In this document: positions 19,945 through 29,981 of the stretch, in pieces
How positions within the stretch are numbered: position 1 is the first letter of the stretch
Layout: each line of letters opens with the position of its first letter
IMG/VR virus record: IMGVR_UViG_3300025864_000016
Location: 1 to 62,459 of that record
DNA length: 62,459 nt
Strand: one strand, 5' to 3'
DNA from: a virus
Taxonomy: Duplodnaviria > Caudoviricetes
Notes under the pieces: model-generated
The model's database searches: none
Told to the model about the DNA's origin: nothing
The model's input: the letters and a program-made list of their open reading frames with translations, nothing else
Made by a program: the position numbers and the translations under genes

Positions 19945-20219
19945 TGTAGAATATCCTTCGCTCGTGCCATTAGTTGCTCGAACGTCACGCCTGCCGCACA
20001 CGGCAGGTATTGCTTAAAGCCATCAACCTCAATGATCAGCGCAGGCACACCCCCTTGATGCAGTGCCGACGCAAGCCGTTGCTCCAGCATCCCATCGACG
20101 GTACGCAGCTTCGCACCAATCGCCTCAGCCAGCTTCTCAATCACGCCGCTCTTTTTTACGGCGGCGCACGGGCGACAGTGGGTACTTGTGATGAAGTACA
20201 AAATAACTGTCTTTCCCAT
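19941..20219 (-). CDS. Thioredoxin-like protein
   Basis: CRPC active-site motif and GVP cis-Pro loop. Confidence 0.75.
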   Translation of the reverse strand: MGKTVILYFITSTHCRPCAAVKKSGVIEKLAEAIGAKLRTVDGMLEQRLASALHQGGVPALIIEVDGFKQYLPCAAGVTFEQLMARAKDILQ

Positions 20220-20220
20220 A

Positions 20221-20922
20221 TTAACTACCTCCTTTGGTTTTGCTACGCTGGCTAGGTTTAGTTATTGCCAGTTCTGCTTCCATACCGCTTTTTAGTCTGT
20301 GCCATAAAGCCATATAGCCAACAACACACCGACTATCATCCGCCCATTCCGCGAGGCACTTGGTTTCACCAAAGGCAGTAATGAGGAGATTATCTCGCCT
20401 GTTTCTGTTCTGCTCTTTGTACGTTGCGAATCGACAGTTCGATGGCTCATAATCCCCGCTTTCGTTGTTGGGGTAACGGTCTAATGTAAGGTGCTTCTCG
20501 TATCCATTTGCAAGTGCCCATTCTTTGAACGGTGGGTACGTTCGCCACTCGTTGCATACAGTGATTCCCCTGCCGCCATGAGTGTCGTAGCCGGTGGCCT
20601 TTTCGTTGTAACAACGGCTCATCATACTTACCCAGCAATCAAATAATCTATTGTATGCACTACCTATCCTACTATCGCCGTGTGTAGTATTGCACGCTTT
20701 GACTACTTCACGCCGATAGCACCCACACGAAGTAGAAGCGCCACTAACTAAGCTACAACTAAGCACACGGCGTGTGTTTCCGCAATCACAGATGACAACG
20801 TAGTAATGCATTTTTTGTCCTTTGATTGTTTCTACCTCATGCTCTACGACCGCCCACCTGCCGAATTTACTCCCGGCAGGAATATCGCACCCACGTGGCT
20901 TGACGATTTCTTTCTTACTCAT
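20221..20922 (-). CDS. HNH-like protein, copy 3
   Basis: LTLDRYPNNESGDYEPSNCRFAT. Confidence 0.85.
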   Translation of the reverse strand: MSKKEIVKPRGCDIPAGSKFGRWAVVEHEVETIKGQKMHYYVVICDCGNTRRVLSCSLVSGASTSCGCYRREVVKACNTTHGDSRIGSAYNRLFDCWVSMMSRCYNEKATGYDTHGGRGITVCNEWRTYPPFKEWALANGYEKHLTLDRYPNNESGDYEPSNCRFATYKEQNRNRRDNLLITAFGETKCLAEWADDSRCVVGYMALWHRLKSGMEAELAITKPSQRSKTKGGS

Positions 20923-20944
20923 TTAATCCCCTTTCTTCATGCTG

Positions 20945-20973
20945 ATTCTATTCCGATTCAGGCATCGTGTCAA
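20945..20973 (-). promoter_or_regulatory. sigma70 promoter of HNH-like copy 3 (no hairpin leader)
   Basis: TTGACA-17-TAGAAT on the minus strand. Confidence 0.65.
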
Positions 20974-21225
20974 TTATCCCTCGTACCCCGCCGGAACACC
21001 TTTGTACCCCCATTTGTGCCCCAGATATTCACCGGCTTTGTATGTGCCCAAACATTCCGGCACAATATCGGTAGCATAGAAGAACTCCAACCCGCTAAAG
21101 TCACCGCCATACATGTGCCGTATCCGCCGTTCCTGCGCGGGCGTTATCGCAGCTCCGTACTCGCTCCGAATCGTCACCTTTGGCCATTCGGGGAACGCCT
21201 TCTTTGAGACGATACACTTAGTCAT
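20974..21225 (-). CDS. Hypothetical protein
   Basis: Coupled ORF. Confidence 0.55.
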   Translation of the reverse strand: MTKCIVSKKAFPEWPKVTIRSEYGAAITPAQERRIRHMYGGDFSGLEFFYATDIVPECLGTYKAGEYLGHKWGYKGVPAGYEG

Positions 21226-21412
21226 CTTTCCCCTCCAGCTCCGCCAGCATGACTTTTAGCCTCTTTTCTTCACAGTCACTACAACATTTCGACTGGTCGC
21301 AATCGTTAGTGGTAGAATCATCGCACATCACCTGCAAGGCATTGCGCACATCCTCACTATCTATACTAAATACGCAGTCGATAGCCTGTTGCAGGTCAGC
21401 TTTTGTTATCAT
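21218..21412 (-). CDS. Small Cys-rich protein (MITKAD...CxxC family)
   Basis: Paralogous to 15598-15810. Confidence 0.7.
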   Translation of the reverse strand: MITKADLQQAIDCVFSIDSEDVRNALQVMCDDSTTNDCDQSKCCSDCEEKRLKVMLAELEGKDD

Positions 21413-21644
21413 GGTTTTCCTCCGCAATCTCCGCCATCATCGCGGTAAGTTTGGCGACCAGGCAGCGACGGCATGATGCAAGTGCAGAGCATTTACTATG
21501 GGTATGGTGTAACCACAAGGCATCTTCAATGTCCTGACTTAAAACATTGCCAGTCAATACGTCATCCGGCATACCATCATATGCCATACATTTATGCACC
21601 ACCCCCACGGCGGCACGCAGGGATGCTTGTGTGTAGTTAGGCAT
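21396..21644 (-). CDS. Small Cys-rich protein (same family)
   Basis: C...SCRRCLVAKLTAMMAE. Confidence 0.6.
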   Translation of the reverse strand: MPNYTQASLRAAVGVVHKCMAYDGMPDDVLTGNVLSQDIEDALWLHHTHSKCSALASCRRCLVAKLTAMMAEIAEENHDNKS

Positions 21645-22101
21645 TGGAGGCCTCCTCATCTTCATTCACGAAGCACACGCCCTTCACACACGTAACTTTT
21701 GACCTGCGCAGTGCAGACCTCATCATACGAATTTCATTGCGCCAGTTCCATTCGGAAAATCCTGTTGAACCGTGCTTTATCGTTACTGTCCCGGCATCGT
21801 CTACTTCCAGTAACCCCCACCCTTCCGGCATTTCCATTACAGCCAGAAGCCCGGCGGGTGCCATGTAGTAACGCTCCTGCCCAACTCCTAACCACGGGTG
21901 TGTGCGAAATGGCTTTTTCATATCCGCTTTGAAGTCAGATCGAGAGGTTTTACACTCAATAAGTGTGCTATAGGCGTCATACCACCCGATAGCGTCACAA
22001 TATTCGCAAGCGTGAGTAGACAATTCAGTCAGTACAGGATTGCATCGCTGCTTTTTCTGTAGCCACTTGCCTGCTATTTCAACTAATTCAGCGTGAGTCA
22101 T
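21637..22101 (-). CDS. PD-(D/E)XK nuclease-like protein (MmcB-like)
   Basis: DAIGW, LIECKTSRSDFKAD.KK, PEGWGLL. Confidence 0.75.
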   Translation of the reverse strand: MTHAELVEIAGKWLQKKQRCNPVLTELSTHACEYCDAIGWYDAYSTLIECKTSRSDFKADMKKPFRTHPWLGVGQERYYMAPAGLLAVMEMPEGWGLLEVDDAGTVTIKHGSTGFSEWNWRNEIRMMRSALRRSKVTCVKGVCFVNEDEEASNA

Positions 22102-22102
22102 C

Positions 22103-23035
22103 TCACTTCTCCTCCCTCACCGCATCCAACGCGTCAAGTGCAAGTGCGATATCGCCTTCAATATATGCAGCAGCTTTAGCTGCCTCTACTACAGCTTCCA
22201 TAAGCGCCATATGCTCCTGCAATCCGGTTATCACAATGTAGCAAGCCTCGCACTCCGCCTTCGCCTGCTCCAGCGCGGATTGTGACCGCTCGTAGTTGGC
22301 TTTCAAACAGACATTAAAACGTTCGAGTTCTAGTGCCTGCTCAAATAACTCTACTTCACCAGCGTGAAAAGCTCTGGTTTCGCCGTGTTCTCTGTCAATA
22401 AACAGCAGACCGTTTTCGGTATGGCAACGGCGCAATATGTCAGTTGTCATCCTCGCGGCGGCGTCAATGTCTTTAATCATGGTTCATTACCTCCTTAATC
22501 AAATTATCTGGCACTTCGTCACGCAGCATGGTTACAATATCGTTGACAGAAGTCGGCTCGTCGTACTCGTCAAATATTGTCCGCAATGTGTACCCGAACC
22601 ATGTAAGCAGTATCCGTTCGCGTTCCTTCGCCTGCTCCAGCGCGGCGGACAGGGCGGCAATTTGTTCATACAAAGGTTTCACCTCATAGTATATAGTGCA
22701 ACTGGTATTATTGCCGCTACAGTAATGGTTTGGCGTTGACGTGTTGCCAATCCTGCACCTTGCGCAGGTTAGACATAATTCTTTACTCATTTCAGCACCT
22801 CCCGAATTAAATCAATATCAATGCCATTATTTGCATCAAACGTGCGAAGTCCATTCGCAATATTGCCAATCTTACGCACCTTCTCCCGCAGCGCGTCACG
22901 CTCTTTCATCGTGGCCTGCAGGGAGTCGCGAAGCACACGTAAATCTTTACTTCCCTTGCCGCCGATAAAAATGAAGAAGTTTACTCGCGAAAGCAACTCA
23001 TCATCCAGTAACGTAGTAGGTGTGGTATCGCTCAT
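22103..23035 (-). CDS. Three coupled small coiled-coil hypothetical genes (22103-22480, 22473-22790, 22787-23035)
   Basis: Overlapping start/stop codons and RBSs. Confidence 0.55.
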
Positions 23036-23406
23036 TTCCTTCCCCCTTCTCCTTTTTTACGGCAAACTGCTTGCGATTGTACGCAGCGATCTCTTCACAA
23101 ACAAACGATCCAGCATGGACACGTCCACAATACTCGCAGCGAATGTCGCGGGTGTCGCTAAAATCTCGTTTGATGGACTTACTCATTGGTGACCTCCTCC
23201 AGTGCTTCGGTCGGAAGCTCGTAGAAGTAAGCCCCTTCGACTTGTATGTCAGTTACGGCGGTACCGCTATCGCTAATACAGTCGTAAGTACAGCCATAAT
23301 GGTGATACACGATAGTACCCTTTGGCTTGTCCTCTTTGAGCCAGTCACACTCCCGCTGCGTTACGGTAGGTGAGTAGGTTGTATACTCGTGGTTTCAGTG
23401 CGTTAC

Positions 23407-23607
23407 TCATCTGGCACCCCTTTTTGCCAGCTCCTCAGCGGCGGCTTGCAACCAACATTCCGGGCAACAAGTCTCATCTTTGTCATTGTTGCAGTTCTCG
23501 TAGACTATCGGGCAGTTATTAGAGATCATATCCGCTACCTGCTTGATTACTTCCAGTTCCTCGCTCGTGTAGTCCTCGATGATTTGCGCGATAATTGGCT
23601 CGCTCAT
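23407..23607 (-). CDS. Small Cys-rich protein
   Basis: CP...C....CCPECW. Confidence 0.55.
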   Translation of the reverse strand: MSEPIIAQIIEDYTSEELEVIKQVADMISNNCPIVYENCNNDKDETCCPECWLQAAAEELAKRGAR

Positions 23608-23954
23608 TTTATCCCCTCCCGTATGTACACGCGGTATTTCTCAAGTGCCACTTCGGCATCAAATTTCTTACCATAGCCGAATTTCCTGTCATTCACATCG
23701 TCAAGGTCTGCGATATCACCGTTTCGCAGCAGTATCTGGCTAAAATCTCCGGCGTCTCGTGTGATGTAGTAGGAACATTGTTGCCCTGCTACGCGCCAGT
23801 TGCCCCATGTTTTATCTATCATGCCAATTTCTGCTTGTAAGTAGGCAACAGCCTTCTCAAGTTCTTCGATGCGGTCAGCCGCGTACAGCTTTGAAGGGTC
23901 ATCCGATATTCGCAGTATGCCCACGATGTCTTTGTTCATTCGTTCATAAGTCAT
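23604..23954 (-). CDS. Hypothetical protein with a repeated C-terminal domain
   Basis: C-terminal domain resembles those of 32393-32920 and 32921-33430. Confidence 0.6.
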   Translation of the reverse strand: MTYERMNKDIVGILRISDDPSKLYAADRIEELEKAVAYLQAEIGMIDKTWGNWRVAGQQCSYYITRDAGDFSQILLRNGDIADLDDVNDRKFGYGKKFDAEVALEKYRVYIREGIK

Positions 23955-24223
23955 TTGCCTGCCCCCTTCATTTCCGCAACTTCGGCCAGCACTTCGTCGA
24001 AGTCTACCCCCGCTGCCTCGCAGATTCGCAGGTACCTCGCCCTCGTGCAGGAGAAGTCCCCATTCAATACCCCGTGGATATATTGCCTCGATGTTCCAAG
24101 CGTTTTCGATACGCTGTAATGCGTGATCCCCCGCTCGGCAAGGTGCTTCTTTAGCACGGTGCCTATAAGTATTCGCTCCGGTCTATTAAAGTCGGGCACT
24201 GGCCCTTTTTTGTGTTCTGTCAT
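23951..24223 (-). CDS. XRE-family HTH regulator
   Basis: ITHYSVSKTLGTSRQYIHGVLNG. Confidence 0.8.
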   Translation of the reverse strand: MTEHKKGPVPDFNRPERILIGTVLKKHLAERGITHYSVSKTLGTSRQYIHGVLNGDFSCTRARYLRICEAAGVDFDEVLAEVAEMKGAGK

Positions 24224-24245
24224 TCTGTTCCTCCCTTTCAATGTC

Positions 24246-24275
24246 ATCATAGCACTATTGCTTGACGTTGTCAAG
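24246..24275 (-). promoter_or_regulatory. sigma70 promoter with an overlapping palindrome
   Basis: TTGACA-17-TATGAT; CTTGAC-GTT-GTCAAG at 24261-24275. Confidence 0.7.
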
Positions 24276-24681
24276 TGTGTTTGTCACACTGTTTTTGCCT
24301 GATTATGCGAAATTTAGACTTCGCAATCCAAGTTTCATTCTACATACCCCGTTAAACCGGCCCAGCAAGCCCGCCACGGCGTAAGTCCCCCGCAAATGGG
24401 GGAATGTTAGTCCAAGCGATCCGTCGGCCTTAAAATGGCTTTCTAGCGCGATTTGGTTCTTTGCCGCTTTTCTCGTTCAGCCCGCAGGCACTTCTGACAC
24501 GAAGTACTCGCAAAATCAGCCCGAAAAGCGTTCGCCGCCGCGTTCGTCGCCCCACTGAAGGGGTCTTTCAAATAGCATCCACAGGCCCGCTGAATTTGCG
24601 CAGGCTCCGGCGTGTCCGAGTAGTCGTAAGTCGCGGTAAGTGAGTCGTATGGCATATCAGCTCCCCTTTCGCTGTCGCCAG

Positions 24682-26094
24682 CTACATCCGGTCGTCTCTG
24701 GCCATAAAAGTGTTCTTCTCGTCTGCGAACCAGAGCGGTACCCGGCCCGGCGGGCCATTTCTTTGTTTGGCAATAATTAAATCGCAAAGGTGCAAGTCTT
24801 CTTGCTTGTTGTATATCCACGGCCTGTGTAGGAACATCGTTAAATCGCTATCGTAAAACAGCGCGTTGGTTTCGCCTATGTCCGAATATATCGGATCTTT
24901 GTTACTCCGGCCATCAGCAGCGCGGTTCAGACTAGTGACAATCACGACGGGAATATCAAGCTCAACGGCAATGTCCTTTAGCCGGTGAGAGATATTCGCG
25001 AAGTCCAAACGGGCGTTACTGGTTGGGTTATCGGCGCACATCAACTGGAAGTAGTCAATCACCAGCAGGTCTAGCCCCACCTCGTTCTTCTGTTTGCGCG
25101 CTAACTGCAGCACCTTGTTTGGGGTCAGTAGCTTCGGACGCCCGACGTACAACGGCAAGCCCTTTAGCTCATCAATCGCATAGACAAGCTGGTCGCGCAT
25201 GGGCCGGTCAAGGTCACGGGCATTGTCTTTCAACTCATCCCAATTAGCGTCCCGGAAACGGGTATCTCGCATATGCTTGTTTTCTAGCGTGGTAGCCATT
25301 GCGATTAATGCCCGACGCGCTATGCTTCGTTCCCCCATTTCGCTTGATTGTATCTGCACCTTGTATCCAGCTCGCGCGGCAGGTAATGCGATATTGTTCA
25401 GCGCGAATTGTGACTTGCCCACATTGGACAACGCGCCAATCAGAATCATATCCGAGTTTTGCCAGCCTAGCGTCAGGTGATCCAAGTAGCCAAGCCCGGT
25501 CATAATCCCCGGAGGTGTGCCGTTCATCACCTGGTCATCAAGTTTGTCCAGCACTTCAGCGGCATAGTGCGCCATAGGCAACGTGCTTTCAGCCGGGGAA
25601 CTTGCGGTCATTATCCGGTCTAGCTCCGCTTGCGATACTCGCACTATCTCTTCGGCGGTAGCATCTACAGAATAGCAGGCCATCATCACCCTATCGGCGT
25701 TTTTAATGAGTTCCCGAAGTGAGTATTTTGCCTTGATAATTTCCGAATAGTGTTTCACCCCTCCAGCGGTTGGGCAAGCATTCATTATCGTCATCAGGTA
25801 TAGGGTACCGCCGACCATCTCTAATTGTGTTCCTGATTCCAGGTCACGCGGGTTAGCGGCCTTTCCTTTGAGATATTCCCCTAGTGTTATGAGGTCTACC
25901 GGGTCTTTTTTGTCGTACAATGCGACAATAGCCTCATAGATAATTTTATGCGTTTCTCTGTAGAAATATTCTGGCCGCATAATCTCAACAGCCTTCTCGA
26001 TTGCCTCGATCTCTAACAAGCAAGCGCCTAATAGAGCCTGTTCGGTTTCTATCGCATTTGGAGGTATCCGCTCAAGCAAATTATCTGGTAGCAT
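24682..26094 (-). CDS. dnaB: Replicative DNA helicase
   Basis: RIPP...EQALLG N-terminal domain, Walker A GALSNVGKS, VIDYFQL, KQRNGP. Confidence 0.93.
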   Translation of the reverse strand: MLPDNLLERIPPNAIETEQALLGACLLEIEAIEKAVEIMRPEYFYRETHKIIYEAIVALYDKKDPVDLITLGEYLKGKAANPRDLESGTQLEMVGGTLYLMTIMNACPTAGGVKHYSEIIKAKYSLRELIKNADRVMMACYSVDATAEEIVRVSQAELDRIMTASSPAESTLPMAHYAAEVLDKLDDQVMNGTPPGIMTGLGYLDHLTLGWQNSDMILIGALSNVGKSQFALNNIALPAARAGYKVQIQSSEMGERSIARRALIAMATTLENKHMRDTRFRDANWDELKDNARDLDRPMRDQLVYAIDELKGLPLYVGRPKLLTPNKVLQLARKQKNEVGLDLLVIDYFQLMCADNPTSNARLDFANISHRLKDIAVELDIPVVIVTSLNRAADGRSNKDPIYSDIGETNALFYDSDLTMFLHRPWIYNKQEDLHLCDLIIAKQRNGPPGRVPLWFADEKNTFMARDDRM

Positions 26095-27142
26095 TGTTTA
26101 CCCTCGCAGCAGCGGCGGCACGTTTGGCGGCCAGCTCTATCTGGTATTCTTCATAACCTTCGGGCAGTGGGGTGTAGGGTATTGCGTCGGGGTGCAGCGC
26201 GTATGGGGTGTATTGCCCCTGCGTTGTTTGCGAGGTGGCGTTATCGCGTCGCTTCAGTTCGTCAAGTCCGGCATAATCTTTCATATGACTTTCCCATAGT
26301 CTATTCGTCGGATTCAAAAACTTCTCACAGTACATCAGGTAAGTATTCGTCGAGTTGCAGGCATTGACATAGCATTTTGCAAGGTACGCAAGGTCGTCGT
26401 GCGAGATTAGTTTCTTGTGCATAATGGCCTTGTAATACTTGAGAGATATGGCCTTACTCCCTCGGTGGTCACCACTGAAACGGTAAGCCTTCCAGATTTC
26501 CTTGTCAAAGCGTTCTTCCAGTTCAGCGTTTTTATCCACAGCAGGTACATCATCTACCAGCAAAGAATCAAACGCTGGTTCCGAAGAACCGGCAAGAGTA
26601 TTACTTACCTCTTCTAACCTCACCTCACCTCTACTAACCTTACCTAAAGGAAGTACAGAATCAGTATTCGTACTATTTGCGCACGTATCCTGTACGTATC
26701 CTGTACTAATATCTTTTTCTGGTGTTTCCACGCCTGCGGCAAGGTCTTGAGCTAACTTTCTAGCAGCTCTTATAGCAGCAGCGCGCTGGCGATTTTCTTC
26801 TATTTTCTCCAGATACTTGCCCCCATACTCTGCGAAATCATGCAAAAAGGTGCCTTTTTCTGTATGGTCTAAAAAACCAGAATCTACCATAGCGTCAAAG
26901 AAAAGCTGGTGGTCACCTTCCCACCCTGCAGCACGGGCTACCACGGCAGACGACTTTCCCGTCAAGTCCCCATGAGTACCCTTTGTGTGGTCTAAAGCCC
27001 ACGCCCACAAAAAGAACAAGTTGCCCGACGCATGGGCAGGTGATACGTCCAGTTTAGCGGCAAGTGTAAATAGCTTGTCGTTGTCTTTTAGGTCTTGATA
27101 CATTGAGACATATGCCATATCAGTTTCTCCTTTGGTTTCCAT
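26081..27142 (-). CDS. Replication initiator / replisome organiser
   Basis: N-terminal wHTH-like domain (LWAWALD...LHDFAEY), low-complexity linker with repeats, C-terminal FDKEIWK.Y domain; adjacent to DnaB. Confidence 0.8.
   Translation of the reverse strand: METKGETDMAYVSMYQDLKDNDKLFTLAAKLDVSPAHASGNLFFLWAWALDHTKGTHGDLTGKSSAVVARAAGWEGDHQLFFDAMVDSGFLDHTEKGTFLHDFAEYGGKYLEKIEENRQRAAAIRAARKLAQDLAAGVETPEKDISTGYVQDTCANSTNTDSVLPLGKVSRGEVRLEEVSNTLAGSSEPAFDSLLVDDVPAVDKNAELEERFDKEIWKAYRFSGDHRGSKAISLKYYKAIMHKKLISHDDLAYLAKCYVNACNSTNTYLMYCEKFLNPTNRLWESHMKDYAGLDELKRRDNATSQTTQGQYTPYALHPDAIPYTPLPEGYEEYQIELAAKRAAAAARVNNATR
26600..26710. other. Probable replication origin (iterons within the initiator gene)
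   Basis: ACGTATCCTGT x2 at 26683-26704, recurring GTAC, and ACCT-rich repeats. Confidence 0.5.
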
Positions 27143-27147
27143 TATTA

Positions 27148-27462
27148 TTACCCCCTGGTTTTAAGCAGGTTAGCGCCGTAGTAGAGTCGCTCCCACCCCA
27201 CGATAGTATGAACGTTATCACTATCACAGATAATGATTCCATTATCAATAAAAGCGTGATATAGTGCCCCTAAATTGCCTTGCCAATCACAAACATGTTC
27301 TATAAAAACGTCGTCTATCAAACCATGCACCCGATGTTTGTTTGTCCAACAGAATAGTGCCACAGCATAGCCGACTGCTTCTGCGTTTGTAATTCCTAAA
27401 TCTCGTGCCATACACATTATAGCGGGGCTTCGATGGATGTCATCGCTGATTGGTATGTTCAT
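27148..27462 (-). CDS. Stand-alone paralogue of the initiator N-terminal domain
   Basis: A.G...LF.W ... G ... CDW.G ... A.ID.G aligns with the N-terminus of 26081-27142. Confidence 0.65.
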   Translation of the reverse strand: MNIPISDDIHRSPAIMCMARDLGITNAEAVGYAVALFCWTNKHRVHGLIDDVFIEHVCDWQGNLGALYHAFIDNGIIICDSDNVHTIVGWERLYYGANLLKTRG

Positions 27463-27475
27463 AGTTTCCTCCTCT

Positions 27476-27664
27476 TCAATAGTCGGGGAAAAGTTCTTCT
27501 ATCGGCTCCCCCGTCAAAGCCGATAGTTTCCTCATAATCTTGTACGAGGCGTGGTCGCGTTTGCCGGTAGCAAGCATCTGGACGTATTCGGGCGTGGCGT
27601 CGATCAACTTGGCAACGTCCCGATAGGTCAGGTTTTTTGCTACGATAGCTTCTTGTAGAGTCAT
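27476..27664 (-). CDS. Cro/XRE-like HTH regulator
   Basis: LTYRDVAKLIDATPEYVQML..G...IEELF; promoter TTGCGT-17-TATACT at 27683-27711. Confidence 0.8.
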   Translation of the reverse strand: MTLQEAIVAKNLTYRDVAKLIDATPEYVQMLATGKRDHASYKIMRKLSALTGEPIEELFPDY

Positions 27665-27756
27665 GTTTCCTCCAATTGTTATAGTATAACAGAAAATTGT
27701 TTGTAACGCAATAGGGTATTCTAAAATCTTTGCAAGCCAGCGCAAGCAGGTATGGG

Positions 27757-28308
27757 CTACTTCGCACGTCGGCCTACACGCGGTTTCCTTGGCGCAGATG
27801 GGGCTTTGTAGCCTTTAGCTATCCTCGCGGCTTTGCGCGCAGCCTTGGCGTCCAGAAGTACCTTTTTGTAGGGCAGCAGGTTCGGGATAGATTCCAAAGA
27901 CTCAATCCCAAAAAACAGTGCCCGCATCACGTCCATGCAGTAAGGCATGAATTTGTTAATCATGTCATCGTCAAAGAAGGCAGTAGTGTATCCAAGCCAA
28001 GCGTAGATGTTCCGGCACTCCCTGTCTGTGCCGTGTGAACCCCCGCCGGGTAACTTCGTGCCACCGTCCACTTCGACAATAATCTTCCGATCACGCCAGA
28101 TGAAGTCGCAGGAGTACCGACGCCCCTTTAGCGGTTTGCGTTGAATCTCTGGGGCCGGTATTTCTGGGCAAGACTCCTTCAATGCCTCCTCAAACGCCAG
28201 CTCAAGGTAGCTTCGTTTCTTATCGACATTCACCTCAATGGTAAACGCGGTTTCGCGCACGTTTTGCGGCGTTTCTACAACTTTCATTGACGATGTAGGT
28301 TTTCTCAC
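27757..28308 (-). CDS. DUF559/Vsr-like endonuclease (possible resolvase)
   Basis: RRYSCDF...IIVEVDGG...H..D...N....LGY. Confidence 0.75.
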   Translation of the reverse strand: MRKPTSSMKVVETPQNVRETAFTIEVNVDKKRSYLELAFEEALKESCPEIPAPEIQRKPLKGRRYSCDFIWRDRKIIVEVDGGTKLPGGGSHGTDRECRNIYAWLGYTTAFFDDDMINKFMPYCMDVMRALFFGIESLESIPNLLPYKKVLLDAKAARKAARIAKGYKAPSAPRKPRVGRRAK

Positions 28309-29000
28309 TTTGCCGCCCTCCCAGTTGGTTTCGTCATCGCTTCTTCCGAATCCATTCCAATCTTTATTCTATAACATAAAGTTTGACTAGTAACGACGCA
28401 CCGTTTATCCTCTACCCACGCAGCGATACACTTCGTTTCACTGAAGGCTGTAATGAGATGGTTATCACTTCTGTTTCTCTGTTGTTGCTTCATTGTGATC
28501 CACCTACAATTATTCGGTTCGTAATTGCCATCGTTGTTTGGGTAACGGTCAAGGGATAAGCCTTTTATGTATCCGTTAGCAAGCGCCCATTTTTTAAAGA
28601 CGGCACGGTCAGTTCTCCACTCGTCACAGACGATGATACCCCTTCCACCATAACGAAAGTAGTTTTTATTGTTTGTGTTGTAGCAACGTTGCATCATATC
28701 TGTCCATACACAACGTAAACGATAATATTCACTACCGAGTAGACTATCTCCATGTGTGGTACTTACTTCACGCTGATAACACCCACATGAAATGGTATGA
28801 CCACTGGCTAATTTCTGGCCTTCTACGCGGTATGTATTACCACAATCGCAGATGACAGTATAGAAATGCCTTATCTGTCCGTTAATTCTTTCGGCCACGT
28901 GCGCCGTGGTTGTTAATCGTCCGAGTTTCATCCCGATAGGAATGGCACACCCACGAACCTTGACGACAGGTGTAACTGTGGTTATAATGTTCATTGTCAA
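28305..29000 (-). CDS. HNH-like protein, copy 4
   Basis: LSLDRYPNNDGNYEPNNCRWIT. Confidence 0.85.
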   Translation of the reverse strand: MTMNIITTVTPVVKVRGCAIPIGMKLGRLTTTAHVAERINGQIRHFYTVICDCGNTYRVEGQKLASGHTISCGCYQREVSTTHGDSLLGSEYYRLRCVWTDMMQRCYNTNNKNYFRYGGRGIIVCDEWRTDRAVFKKWALANGYIKGLSLDRYPNNDGNYEPNNCRWITMKQQQRNRSDNHLITAFSETKCIAAWVEDKRCVVTSQTLCYRIKIGMDSEEAMTKPTGRAAK

Positions 29001-29128
29001 CTCCTCCTTTTAGGTGTTGTCCGGCCTCCAACATTTGGCTATGTGTGGAGGCATTTCTGTAAGTATACCACCTATTAGAATAAAAGTACAGTCCGCATCA
29101 ACTGTCTTTGGCGCTTTTTGTTTTCGCA

Positions 29129-29862
29129 TTATTTTACCCCTTCTTTCTTTTTGCGCGGGATTGAATAAGAAACACACAAGCACCCCGCAGCAGCTAGTAT
29201 GCTCACCCACATTTTGTCCCAATTGTGCAATCCAATATTGACGCCAGTCATCAGGTAGAAAAGCATGAAGCCCATATTGAATAAGAATATTATCCATTTC
29301 TTCATACTTCCCCCCATCCAGTGCCATTTACATGGGCATCAATAATACCCATAATAGCAAACACAATGAAAGTTATTGTCATTCCAATTAAATTACACGT
29401 CGCGCTGTAACCTCCAAAAAGAATTACAGAAACCAGATACAGGATTCTGATACCGACAGGATATATGTGTTTAGACATTGTCTTCCTCCCCCTGCCCATA
29501 AGCAGCGTCAACCCCGAACGGCGGTCGGTGCAATGCATCAAGATTCTCGTGAAGCAACCGCTCGTGGTTGAACTTCTTCACCGCCTCGACAAGGTACTCG
29601 CAAATGCCCATGTTCCGGCGCCCCGCGTGCTTGCAGGCCGCCACAAACTCCTCTGAATCAATGGATATGCGGACTACTAGGTTCTCTGGCATTACTTCAC
29701 CTCCGCTAGCCCATTGGCTATTATCCCGACGATAAACGCAAAGGCTATGCAAACTACGGCCATTACAGCATTGCCCTTCCCGATGTAAACGCCGGAAGAT
29801 ACCAGAAGTATCGACGCGCCGACATTAAACAGGAATCTAACGAATATTAACGCTTTGTTCAT
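29129..29862 (-). CDS. Cluster of small genes including three two-TM membrane proteins
   Basis: Hydrophobic ORFs ending at 29129, 29302 and 29692; promoter TTGACA-17-TATAGT at 29909-29937. Confidence 0.5.
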
Positions 29863-29981
29863 CTTTCCCCCTTTGCCCGGATTGTGCGACGGGCGCGCAT
29901 CTGAATATACTATAGCAGGAATAGCCCTGCGTGTCAAGTGAGTTACTACTAGCTATTATTGTATTAATAACCAGTAATTGA

